DNA of 64,000 nt from Phoronis australis (taxonomy: Eukaryota; Animalia; Phoronida), in the NCBI GenBank assembly GCA_002633005.1, contig NMRA01000556.1, positions 124,001 through 188,000 of the forward strand. The letters run 5' to 3'. Of the stretch, positions 51,903-64,000 are shown piece after piece. Position 1 is the first letter of the stretch; each line of letters begins with the position of its first letter. A model generated the notes under the pieces. That model was given only the letters and a program-made list of their open reading frames with translations. It did no database searches and was not told the DNA's origin. A program made the translations under genes and the position numbers.

Positions 51903-54086
51903 CATAAATATTTCTGTCTTACCGTTGATATTTATGTTACTTAACGTTCGAAATAAAACAATTCATGTGAGATGCAGAAAGGCAGATCGGAGAACGACAA
52001 ATATTTTCTTGAGGATTTTATTACGTTAACGTATTACTCTTGATCCGTATGTTCTGTTAGGCCCCTTTGTAGTTCTTCGTTCTAAACAAAGACCTTCCTT
52101 TATCGTGAATGGTAAATGTATTTCACGTAAACAGGCCTTCGGCACACATTACAAAATATAATAAACAAAGAGTAATAAACACAGAGTACAGGATGCATGT
52201 ATCTAAACCAGTATACTTGTTTACACCAAGAAAGTCATGTAATTATTTATTATAGGAGCTCTTCAAGGGAGTACGAGATAAAGTACAATGAATAACAGAT
52301 AATAGGCAAATTAAAATTAAAATTAAAATAAAAAAATGCTCTGGTCAAGAGTCTCAGGAGACGAAACTCAGTCGACGCCGGATTACAGATATTATTCGAG
52401 CGCAGGAAGAGTCTGAAAGAGTTAATAGTTTTGTTACTGCTAGTTGAATTCAAAACGAAACTGACGGTGAACTACATTTAGTGTTTAACCAGTCACCAGA
52501 TGGCGATACCGTCTCGTCCACGAGTCGGTTCCTCTTGAACTGTCAAACGTTTCGTGGGTACGCTCAAAGACATAAAAGCAGTTCGGAAAAGATTACTTGC
52601 GTGAAAGGGAAGCCAAATAAACGAATCCCAGTTGTTAAAAGCAGAAAAGGACGCGTGATATTGATCTTTATGATAACCTCGTATTTTTTGTCTGAAAATA
52701 CAGCATTCGGAGATAATCTGACCGCATTAATATTAGGTTATGTACGCTTGCGTTGGATTATGCAGAGAATGCGAAACTGACAGTAAAATAAGTGTTTAAT
52801 CCTTCTGGTGGCGATTGCTGACTTTGGAAATTTTACTGGCAACTTCACACTCAGAGTGGGCTAACAAAGAAATTAGACATGGACATAGCTTCAAAGCTGG
52901 GCGGCTACAAATGATAAATCTGCTCTCATATGCGTTATAAAACAATATTTACGTCAGGAAACTATCGAACTATCGAAAAGTCTAGCCATTAAAAGTGTGC
53001 GGTGTTACATTTTAAGCACATTGGAAGCACAGCATTGGTTTAAGGGCAAAATAGCTTTCATAGTCTCGACACAGTCTCGGTGCAGGAACAACCATTGAAG
53101 TATCCTTGATTGCCAAAAAAGCTGTCTGAAATATTAATTAAAGTTCTGCCGTGAAAATGACGTAATGGACAATGACAAACTGATGTCGCCCTGCTAAAAA
53201 AATTGCCGAAACATTGTTTTTCCTCATACTCAGGTGTAAACTTCTCACGTGCATAAATAACATACTGAATAAGCGATCAGGTTAACGAAAACGACAAGAA
53301 CGGGCGTCACGTGGACGAAAACACGCGTTCTTTTCCAGAATGTTACGTGAGACGCATATGACTAATAACAAAATGCTTTTGTATAATCCAATCAACGATG
53401 ACGATACCGTTCGAAGACAGAAATGGATGGTCTATGCCAGACATTGTTGGCAAGCAGTGACAAACATGATGAATGGCGTGGTTTGGCGAAGAGAGACCAC
53501 TGTCAACGGCCACTTTGTTTTGATTGATAAATCGACCAATTCATTATTAGTATTTGATTTAGGAATTTATTTTTCGTGCATTTCATTTCTGCGGTTTTCG
53601 TGACACCTGTGGACCTTGACATGGAGAAAGTTTTGTGGATGAACTTATATTTTCCAAAGATGAGTTTCTTTAAAAATGTATACGTGCACATCTGTTGTTC
53701 AGCGAGAGTGCCACGCGATTCTGTTCAATCATGCAACATGAGGGCAAACCAGCGGGTGCGAAAACAACTCGGACGCACGGAGATGAATTTTGTTTACGTA
53801 TACGTAATAATTACAAACGATAAAATAAATAAACATTGTCATAATTTCTTCGTTGACTAAGGGATAAGCCTGACAATTTTTCAAATTGAGGGTACAGAGT
53901 ACGCCTTGCGTTCGCCCGCATTCAATGTCTCAGCGCAAAACGGGGCCTCGTCAGTTACACGTACACCTGTCAGTAGGAATGACGAAAGATGAACAGGTTT
54001 TGCCGTGAAATTGGGGTTTCACTCACCGTAAATAAAATCCAAGGATCCCAAGGACAGTTGTGTATATTAATGATAATTAATACAAT

Positions 54087-55262
54087 AGGCCTTTTGCGAG
54101 TTTATAACAATAACGTGAGATTATGTGAGACTTAACTGTGACGTCACGGGAAGTGGGGCAAAAGCTTGTCGTTTGGTCATTTGCCCAATACGGTAGCAGA
54201 GTGTATTCTGTTAATGTCTTCGAGTTTTTAGCCGTTTAGTTCTAAAAATGTCCAAAAAGCATTGCTGTTATGGCAAATGAACTTCAGATTCGCACTACAA
54301 TACGTTCTATCGCGTTCTGTACTAATTTCGTCCCGTGTATTTTAAACGGGCGGTAGGCGAAATCCGCTCACTGATAAAGTTTTCACCTCGTCAAAAATAC
54401 ATTCTGCACCTAAAATTACCACCTAAAAGGCTCTTACTTTCTTCAGTGACTCTTTCTGCTTCTAAACATATCTTCGATGGAGCATATATACGGGAATTCA
54501 GGTGACTTTGGCGAAGAATTCCAACTCCACTTTGTGGTTACTGTTAACTTTGTCCGCGCGCGCGATAACCACAATCAAGTATTTCAACTGAGTCAGGTGA
54601 GTATGAGGCAAAGGCTAGCGCGAGACTGAGCGAAGCGCGAGATCTGGCGCGTGACCTGGCGCGTGACACTTGTAAAATAGCATGAGAAAATATCGAGTGA
54701 AATTTGTTAGATTTGTGTCCCTTGGACTTTTGTTCGTCAACAGGTGTGATTTCACGTACAGTGTAACTTACTCAAAATGGCGGCTAGTGAGAGAAACTCG
54801 AGAGAACCGCGAGGTTTTCAAGAATATGCTCAAGTTATTTATAGACTAAATTGTGTCCAGAGTCAGGGTATGTGTTAATTATAACTTCATGTGCACATAT
54901 GCATGTTTAATTTGATTTTATTTGCTGTATTTTGAAGTGAATATCTTTTTATGGGGATACACTATCGCCCCTGTATGCCTGCGCCATTCAGGCTTAGAGC
55001 GGGTTAAGTTCCAATTTCAGTCCGTTCACAGCTTCGCACAACATAACAAGTTCACATTTTCTTCGTCCATTCACAGTTATTCTACGACCCATCTGCCATA
55101 TCTTAAGTTGTTTTAACGTTTTAAGTGTAAAAATCACCATAAGAACTCCAGTAAGTTTTAGCGTGTGTAGCAAAGACTCGGGGCAAAACAAGAGCAATAT
55201 GGCGGGTTTTGCCCCTTTTCCGGTGACGTCACAGTGACTAACGAGAAACTCGCAAGTGAGCT
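54087..55262 (+). mobile_element. ISL2EU/PIF-related non-autonomous element with THAP relic
   Basis: AT|AGGCCTTTTGCGAGTTT..CTGTGACGTCACGGGAAGTGGGGCAAAA vs TTTTGCCCCTTTTCCGGTGACGTCACAG..AAACTCGCAAGTGAGCT|AT; MSKKHCCYGK*TSDSHY (THAP-like start) at 54248. Confidence 0.7.
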
Positions 55263-55420
55263 ATTACGTTATTATTGGTTGAAGGATTGCGGGTACTCAT
55301 CTATTTTTGAGACAGTGTTGTGTCAATGTGATCTTAGGACACCTCCCTTCAATAGTCGATGTGATTAATACCTCGACCATCTACAGTTAACACGGTTAAA
55401 CAGGATTCACTTGTGCGGAG

Positions 55421-55525
55421 TTAAGCAATAAACAACTCATTCCCAGAGGTATATCGTTGTCCTTGTGTTATAAGCTCAATAAATAATTCATTGAGCGATG
55501 ACCTCCTCAGCATAACAAACCTTAA
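55421..55525. mobile_element. Possible CryptonA-like short relic
   Basis: Begins TTAAGCAATAA and ends CCTTAA, as in CryptonA-type non-autonomous elements. Confidence 0.3.
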
Positions 55526-57763
55526 TAGAAAAGCACCACTTCCGAAGTGTTCCCAAGCAGAATGGGACTTTTTTTTTAAGAACTCTAACCCTATAAAATG
55601 ACTCTTTTATGGGGAATAAAATGAGAAACGAATATTTTTCGGGGGGAAACTGACCGTGAAAAAATCATCCATCCGTAGCAGGCCAAAAATTAAATAATGT
55701 TAAAAATGTTTGAATATTATAAAGCAACAATTAAGAATACCAAAAAAGGCAAACAGTTCAGTGTAGAGTATTTATACCTTTATTGAGAGTTACATGTACA
55801 TCGATGGGCCAGCACAGTAAAATAAATGGGCGGAACGTCTACACATGGACTCCATTCCGACCACAGTGTAACCACAGAAAAGAAGACGCATTAACTGGAT
55901 GATTTCATGATTTTCTTTTTGTGACCGCCAAATTAAATAAAACATTCGACACCAGCCGTTGAGCGAAACACGGTATCCCAAGGTAATAGTTATATTACCT
56001 GAACCGCGTTGAATATGGCAACGGAAAAGAAAACAAAAGAAAGTCACTGAATTACGGTTCCGGTTTTCGCAAACGTTACATTAGCTTCCCCCATTCTGAC
56101 TGATTACAACACTCATACACACATAATTTTGCGGAAACTCTTTCGTAGGTCGATTGTGTGAGTACATGTACTAAAAGCCTGTTTCCACAAGAACGTAATG
56201 CACTTAAATCGCTTTAGCGATAAAATAAACGAGATGTTTCCAGTTGAAAGAAATGCGTAAGCCGTAAATACGTAATCCGTTTTTTTTGAAACGTACTACG
56301 TATTAAGGAGGAGTCAATTTTCATGATTTTAGCGTGACTGTCCTGAAAAACAGAGACAATTTAACTAGCTGGGTTTGAAATTAACATGCCAACTACGGGT
56401 GCGGCGATTAACTATAACCGAATTTCGATTCCGGATTGGTCGATTTTTATATTGATACACCAAGGCCCATTATGATTAGATTTTTAGTTCCAATTTTCGC
56501 CCTTACGTGTTTTACAAATTTACGACTTATTTGTAGCTTTTGATAAGAATTGTCGAGATATTCAACAAAAAGCAGCTCATAATTGCTCATCAGTTTTACA
56601 CTGCTGAATTTTTTAAACAGGAGTTGTTAAAAATTGGTACGAGAGGGAACGAATCATTTACATTTGAGAAAAACTGAATTAATATGGAATCCCTAAAAAT
56701 AATGTGTATCGTCTCACCCACAATTCAGTGTCTACCCTCCGCCGTTTACAAGAGAAAGAATTGTATTTTCCAAAAAAAAAATTCACCTACGTGTAGTATT
56801 TTCAAGTACTGTCTGTTCCCTGGAACTATTTTCACAGCGTGTTCCAACCCCACCAAGTACTGTCCGTTCCTTGGAACTATTTTTTCGTCCTAGTGCCGCA
56901 TGTTCAGCGCTTACTGGATTCATAAACATGGTTTGGCTGTGGACCAGTAGATTTGTACTGTCTTCTGAGTGATTTCATCGGATGTATCATTTTATTGGGA
57001 CATATTGGAACATGAAAACGCGTTGATTATCGCAATGGGTACATTTAAATGCGTCACGTATTATGTGTTACGCAAGAACATGTGTGTAAAACCTCTGTGA
57101 TATTAGAAAACCTCCACGTACATATACATGCTGCGCATCCCAGCCGAAGAAGTCTCGAGTTTGCACGAAACATGACGTGATTACACGAAAGTCTGCATCC
57201 AATTTAATGCCACTTACTGCAAAGACGTTTATTTCTTAAGCAACATAATCTCTGTATGTAGATGAGTGTTGAACACGAAAAGCTGCAAGTCGCTAAATAA
57301 CGAGCCATCGAGCACGCAATTCTGTCGGACCCTAATTCAATTAACTGCACAATTGTTCTTCCCCCGTGACTGCAACTATACTAATCAGGTGGCCTCTGGA
57401 CGTGTCAATAGAATTAGCTTAACATACGTCATAACCAATTATGTGACAACTCACTTCTACATCGTTAAAAGAACTGCTTGTCATTCTGGAGTGCTACGAC
57501 ATTTTTACCCAGTTTGTGAAGACACTGAGAGTAACACAAGCCGGTCCATCATACTTCGCGTAACTATGAGAATCGGTCGCACGGTAACTAACATCTACCA
57601 TTGGGGAGACAAACGGTCATGTTGGCAGACCATCTCTATGCGTACATGTATACCATACCAGTTGTCCTTGGAAGTGGGCATTACACCCATCCCAGTAAAG
57701 AACACGTGAAACAAATTTTTGTTTATGTTCTTGCAGTCACATGGTGTATAAGGTTCAAGTTAA

Positions 57764-58080
57764 CTCCCCCCTACCTCACTCCGTCCCTCCCTTCGCCCCT
57801 TCCTCCCTCCCTTCACCCCTCCCTCCCTCCCTTCACCCCTTCCTCCTTCCCTTCGCCCCACGCTCTCTCCCTCCACCCCTCCACCCCTTCCTCCCTCCCT
57901 TCGCCCTCCCTCCCTCCCTTCGCCCCNNNNNNNNNNNNNNNNNNNNNNNNNNNNNNNNNNNNNNNNNNNNNCGTCGCCCCTCACTCCCTCCCTTCGCCCA
58001 TTCCCCCCTCACCTTCGCCCATCCTTACCCTCCTTCGCCCCTCCGTCCCGCCCTTCGCCCCTCCCTTACTCCCTCTCTCA
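57764..58080. repeat. CT-rich low-complexity repeat spanning an N gap
   Basis: CCCTCCCTTCGCCCC-type units; N run at 57927-57971. Confidence 0.9.
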
Positions 58081-59791
58081 CTAAAATTAAGAAAAACATA
58101 GTCCCAAGAAGGTCCCCACTCAACAATATGATTTGAGTGTTCATGGCCTTCGAGAAAAATGTGCAGGCTGGCATCAATAGCAAAGAAAGAAAAGTCTTAT
58201 GTCAGTTTACTTCAGTTGTTCAACCCTCTTCAATTTATCCAGAAGGATAGCCTGCCGAGAAACAACAGGTTGGAGACCAGGATGTTATCGCAGAGTGCGG
58301 GTGCACCTCATTATCGTAAAATTTGAGAACGCCTGCCACACGGCACTGTGTTGCTAAAGTGTAACCATGGTTTCCACACGATTTCAAAGACACGGTATTT
58401 TTGAAGACCTATGCCCGTGCAACCGATTAAGCATTCTCGGGGACTCTCCAAGCTACAATCGAATATTTGGGATTTAGTAATTTGGATTGTTCCCGATTGT
58501 CACAATATTTGTGCATCCCTAGACAGCACAATGTTTACCCAAGTCACAAGCGACACACAACTTCCAAGGGTCAATGGTGACTACTGGTGTTCAAGGTGGA
58601 TAGAATCAATGAGTTGTATAGTTAGCTCATTGACCGAATTGACGCTTGGGGAAGCTGACTTTCTTGTTACATCGATTCTTCACAACAGATGCATTAATGC
58701 AGTGAGCTTACAAGTACAGTTCAAATTTAAAGAACCAGTTTGCAATCTTAATCGGAATAATCACATAGAGAGCGATGGAAAGCTGAGCCGTACCTCCGTT
58801 TAACAGACTAACTTGATCACCTTGTGGTGTACATGTAGCTTGTAAAAACCGTCTTTCAAACTCTTACATCGTGCCAAAACTTCTTTTGCGCATAGTGCGG
58901 TAGGCCCATTTGGCTTCACATTGGCAAGGATAATATAGGTTACTGTAACAGTGGCGTGTTTTAAGGGTGTTCGGTTATGTTCTCATTCTCAAGAAAATAA
59001 GCCCCGTCATTAATACATTGGTAGCGACAATAGTATCTTCAAATTTTTGTTTTTTTTCAGATTGAAAACAGCGCATTTGAATAGTTCCTGTAAAGAACAA
59101 ATGAAAGTGTTTTTTTTTGCAAATTTGACTTTCACAACCTAAAACGTTTGTCTGCTGTTTCAAGAATATGTTCTTTATTAATTCAACAGAATTTAACCAA
59201 TTGTCAAAGCACCAGGCATCAATTTGAATTTGAGGCAAGCCAGGTTTCACTGTATACTTCTTGGAATTCATTCGTGAATGTGACTCAGAGCTCTTAATGT
59301 GTATAGTGGGAGAGATGCAGGGGGGGGGGGGGGGGGGGGGGGGGGGCTAANTATCAAAAAAGGACAAAATATATATTTAGTAAACTCACTCAGTGACGTC
59401 GCCGAGATGTTACCCGTTGGCGATACTCTGCTGATCACGTCATACATGTACCAACCCGGTAAGTCATTGTTTTTATCGCATGCCGTGATGAAAGCTGTCA
59501 AATTACGTCTGAATACTTGTCTAGCATTTCGGCAATTGACTTCTATTTACAGATTCCATTCCCAAGTGCGCCGGTTGTGACCACGTGATCCTAGATCGCT
59601 TCATCCTCAAAGTTCTAGAACGACCGTGGCACTCAAAATGTCTAAAATGCAACGACTGTCACTGTCATCTCAACGATCGATGCTTTTCGAGAGGAGACAA
59701 AGTATTCTGCAAAGAAGACTTCTTCAAGTAAGTGTGATTTTTTATAAAACAGTTACAAAGAAGACTTACTGAAAATGATGTGCCTTTTACG

Positions 59792-59925
59792 GGAAGGGGG
59801 GAGGGAGTGCGGCAGAGGGGTAGGTCGGGAGCGAGGGAGGGAGGGTGGCAGGGAGGGCGGCAGGGAGGGAGGGAGGCAGGAGAGCGAGAGGAAGAGGGTG
59901 AGTGAGAGGGAGAGAGAGAAGGAGT
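59792..59925. repeat. GA-rich low-complexity tract
   Basis: (GGGA)n-like. Confidence 0.85.
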
Positions 59926-60449
59926 GTATCTTCTCTGACATGCGGATGCACCAGGTTGTGCAATACTAACAAGCAAATTGGGACAGGTCAAGTCGAGAAA
60001 CTGCTAGGGGGTATTCGCAATGCCCTCTAACTGAAGAGGGAGCAACTAATTTGTACAAACCGTCTGGAGTATGTCCCCAAATTCCAGCTTATGATTTCGA
60101 GAAGTCGAAAGTGTGACCCAACTTAGGTATAGATGGTTTTGAAGAAAAAGTAATTCCATAACCCGCCAGCTGACTACATATGACATTGATATGACAGTAA
60201 GTTGCTTTGTTGAAGCTTCTAACAAAACTTATTGCGACACTATAGTGTTTGAACGTTGTTTTCGTTTTTTCTCTTTTTATTAAAATTATCAACTGACCGC
60301 AAATTTTAGTTTGAGACAGCTTCTCTCACACGTACACGAGCGCGCTTGCGGGCACACGCACACGCACACTCACGAACGCCACACACACTTTAACCGAGGT
60401 ATTGGCTTCCGAGGAATCATAAGGCAAACCAATTGCCATTGATTAATGT

Positions 60450-63395
60450 TTTAAGACCTACAGCATCTATTTTGACCTCATTTCAACGACAGTGAACCAG
60501 GTGCTGACTTGAGTGAACCTTTCAAGTCTGACTGGATAAATACGACCGCAGTTAGTCATCTTTACTTTTGCATAAACGTCATTTCACTTTTCAGTTTTCC
60601 AAGTGGTGAACTTGGTCTGATGCTTTTAGTTGTCAAGGGAACATGTTTTCTTGTCAACAATAGTTAAGTCGAGCCTTAACATGACATCGATGACGTCAGA
60701 TCCGACGCATCTCGAGTGACGTTACTTCAGCAGAATGGTAGTTTAAAGCCAAACGCAGCGATTATTTGGTCAAGGTGAACATAGCAATCTTTAAACAATC
60801 TGAATGAACCAAACTCGATCGGCAATGCTGTTGTGTGAACTGAAAAGGTCTGCAACACGACAAGTCGTAAAAATACCTTTTGAGCAGACCGTTACGAATC
60901 TACCTTTCTTCCCTTATTAATACATGTTTATGCGCGCATGCCTTCAAAGAAATCGCGTCGGTTGCTGCTTGAAAATGGCATTGTTTTGTTCACATCAAAG
61001 GTGAAAGGTCACATTCTCCATGTAAGGGAAACTACGTCCATGTCTTGCCATGCCAATTAAGGAGAGGTGCTTTGCCTTTTTGCAAGTAAAGCAAAAATGC
61101 TATGACAACAACAGCAATTCAAAATCTTCACAAACAAGGAGTGATCAGTTTCAGTGCCAGATAAACACTTTGAACCATACAGTTTTGTCTAGTTTTCACG
61201 TTCTTTGCTTCTTCAAGAACCTGATGCTTGTTTCATGAAAATTGACTAAGGACTTACATGTAGGCGACGTTCAACACTTTCTGATTTTGGGCTTCAAAAC
61301 AAGGTCTTGGCGATTACAATAGTCTACTCATCATGGTATTCACAACCTGGCAATATGAATAATACACTTAGCCTAAGATTTGAAAAAAATGATGATGTCT
61401 ATAGGGAATGAATCCAAAGACAAATTTCCAGTCAGTTAGTTAAAAAGGAACAAATGTACAACCGAAAGCCTTCATTTACATTGATAAAACCAAAGTGCCA
61501 AAACTCCCCGGACTACAGAGTTCAAGGGAACAGTGAGGGCCGACCAGCCAGATTTTTTTACAGATCTAAAGTATCTGAAGGGTACCTGAATTTCATAGTA
61601 ATTCTCAACTTCGCGCTTGCCTAAAAATGTGCAAATTTGGCAAACTTTGGAACTCCATATATTAACATGGCTGATGGGATTAACATGCTTTAGGCACTGT
61701 TTTCGAAAACGCGGCTAGATATTGTATTTAAAATGTTTCGAGTTTGGGTGAGGGGCAATGCAAGTAGAGAACTTTTATGATTTTCATGAAAAAAAAAGTT
61801 TGAATGAAAGAAAAAACAGTCGCAGCGTTTTTGAGATCTCATGTTGAACATTTCAACTACCGTTTTTAAATTGTTAAAATTTTGTAACTGATACTGAAGT
61901 TTTTCTCTCAATGTACTTTTTTCTCTAAATTTAACTAAGACCAGGGCCCGGCCTCCAATCTTTTTAATCGAAATGGAACTCGAAATTAGGTTTGGCATTT
62001 TCTACTCTACTTTTGGGCGAACTCAAGATAAATGTCTATTATTCTATACTCGAGTACACAATAACTTACGTAGATAATTTATTGCTCTGCGTTCACAGTT
62101 TGTAAACCCAATATTAAAGCAATAAGTTCGAGTTTGAACTCGAAATTTCGAGTTTTTACTCGAGTTTGTAGCACGAATATAAGGGTCTTCAAGGGCAAAC
62201 TTGAACTAGAAACTCCTATACATAAACTATAATGTATTCGAGCACATTCTGATAACCAATTATCTTAAGTTCGCACAAAAGGAGCAGAGAAATTGCCAAA
62301 AATAGTTTCGAGTTCGTTTCGAGTACAAAGATTAGAGACTGGGCCCTGATCAAGACACCCAATTCACGGCAAATTGAAGAAAAGTCAGAAATGAAATTCG
62401 ACAGTTTTTTTACTTTCGGAAAACTTTTACCGAGTTTAAATGTACAGTTTTTTAGACTTGTGATTCCGATCCTACTTAATATTGAGATCGTGGCGTGCTG
62501 ACCACGTAGTAAAATAACTTTCACAGCCTTAAGTTAATCAATATCTTGGCAACTCTGTGAAGAATATGAAGTTATTTTAAAGGCAGATTATTGACGAAAA
62601 AAACGCAGGGCGGAATCTAACTCACAAGCCCCACGACTGCAATGGAACGGCTTGCTGGCTGAACTAAACACCAAAGCACCAATCGAAACTAATGAAGTCA
62701 CGAGTCTCGATTACAACGAATATCTGGCATCTGGCAGACAACGTCACGAATGTGCAATTTGTAAGGAAATCACAAATTGACAACGGACTTGTTGCTTTAT
62801 ATACATGTTGCTCTAGGTTTAAACCAATAACTTCAAGAGGCCTATCCCATCCAATACTAATCCTCCGAAATGCATTTCGGGCCTCAAAACCGATAATGTC
62901 CATTTAAAGTGTCGCCTAGTTAGTAGAGTTTAAAAAATGCAAACGTAGAAACATACAGTATGAATATTCTGAACTTTCGAATAATAAGTGTCACAATAAA
63001 TAAAACCTGACGTATTTTGCCAAGGGTTGCCATTCGGAACCAAAACAAAACTGATTACAAGCTGGACAGTACACGAAATAAAAACGTTCTTCATGAAAAG
63101 GTAAAAGTGTAGGGGTGTTCAAGTTATATTGCAACGTGAATACTTCAGTACAGTTTTGGTAGAATTTCAAGAATACTCGAAGTTTTAACGTTGGGCGTAG
63201 CGCATCTTTAGTTCACTCGATGTACAGTGCATATATATTCTAGAAACATTTTCATGTTCAAAATTTTTATACGTTGACTAACGTCTTTCAATAGTGCGCT
63301 GTTGGGAGTCATAAACATCTACAAACTCCGTGGTTGAACCGGTACAAACATAAACCAAGAACTCCACTATTCCGTATCGAAGATACGGCCTAACT
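60450..63395 (-). pseudogene. CTLD pseudogene H (probably continues beyond the right edge)
   Basis: GFEARNAF..SIGAL (62.9-62.63 kb); SKCLS..ILNCC (61.17 kb); ECDL..KQCHF..DFFEG..TCINKG (61.02-60.9 kb). Confidence 0.55.
61942..62348 (+). mobile_element. ~400-bp MITE, copy 3
   Basis: Same family as 4966-5372; flanks ACTAAGAC/ATCAAGAC (degenerate 8-bp TSD). Confidence 0.9.
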
Positions 63396-63409
63396 CAAAA
63401 CTATGCGTA

Positions 63410-63630
63410 CATTCATTCGTTTGCGTATTCATTCACGCATCCATTCATTAATCCATTCATCCATGCATCCATTCATCCACCTATCCACAATCCATCCATG
63501 CATCCACCTATCCACAATCCATCCATGCATCCACCTATCCGCAATCCATCCATGCATCCACCTATCCACAATCCATCCATGCATCCACCTATCCCCAATC
63601 CATCCACTCATTCATTCACCCGTTCATTCA
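63410..63630. repeat. 27-bp minisatellite (~5 copies) within an (ATTC/ATCC)n tract
   Basis: Unit CATCCACCTATCCACAATCCATCCATG. Confidence 0.9.
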
Positions 63631-64000
63631 GTCGTAAACTCTTTATTTATTATTTCGTTCCTTCGGTCCTTCATCAATTCATACATTTTTTATTTTCCAT
63701 TCAGTGTATTCGTTAATTCATATATGAACCACGTGACAAGATAGGAGAGAAAACTACGAAAAAGTTTATGTATTTGATTGTCCAGTAAAAGAAACGAATC
63801 ACCTATTTCGAATCAACGTTTTTGTTCCCTATTCTTTTTCAAGGACGTTTGTAAAAATGTGACGTTTGGTTAAAACTATTAATGGTTCTCTGGTGCAATT
63901 AAAACAGAATTTCCTGATTGCGGTTTAGCGTGTAATATTTCAAGTTTGTAAAAACAAAAGTATTCTAAATCAGACACGTGCTGATCAAGTGTTCGATTCC

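Larger units (their letters stand above)
52060..59641 (-). pseudogene. Multi-CTLD pseudogene G (about 5 domains)
   Basis: 60-nt signal-like exon 59641-59582 (DILSATVVL); open exon 59494-59390 (ACDKNNDLPGWYMY); exon from 58942 TYIIL..LARCKSL..FDCS..LIGC; ATQCR..SPTCCF; DNWYGIH..PACVTL..NWVK; HCDNQRVFMFQY; PNCFYVFERTHETFDSSRG..HLVT (52.6 kb). Confidence 0.75.

Noticed and set aside
57601-59991. Pro/Ser/Gly/Arg-rich ORFs in the ORF track
   Set aside because: These are translations of CT/GA low-complexity repeats and an N gap.

Overview
Eukaryotic (animal, probably marine-invertebrate) genomic DNA, AT-rich, with no intact protein-coding gene that I can find. Hand translation of the minus strand shows that almost the whole window is a co-oriented tandem array of decayed, spliced, multi-domain C-type lectin-like (CTLD; mannose-receptor-like architecture) pseudogenes. 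I count roughly 8 gene units and about 35-45 CTLD remnants, with phase-1 introns, paralogous 54-nt signal-peptide exons and many stops and frameshifts. The ORF track mostly misses this array. The array is interrupted by transposons: a 5'-truncated RTE LINE, an internally deleted RTE relic, a Tc1/mariner relic, a 3.9-kb TG..CA TIR element with a 6-bp TSD, Kolobok-, ISL2EU-, Harbinger-, hAT- and Crypton-like non-autonomous elements, plus palindromes, minisatellites and microsatellites. Gene-unit boundaries and domain counts are approximate and made by eye; no database search was run.
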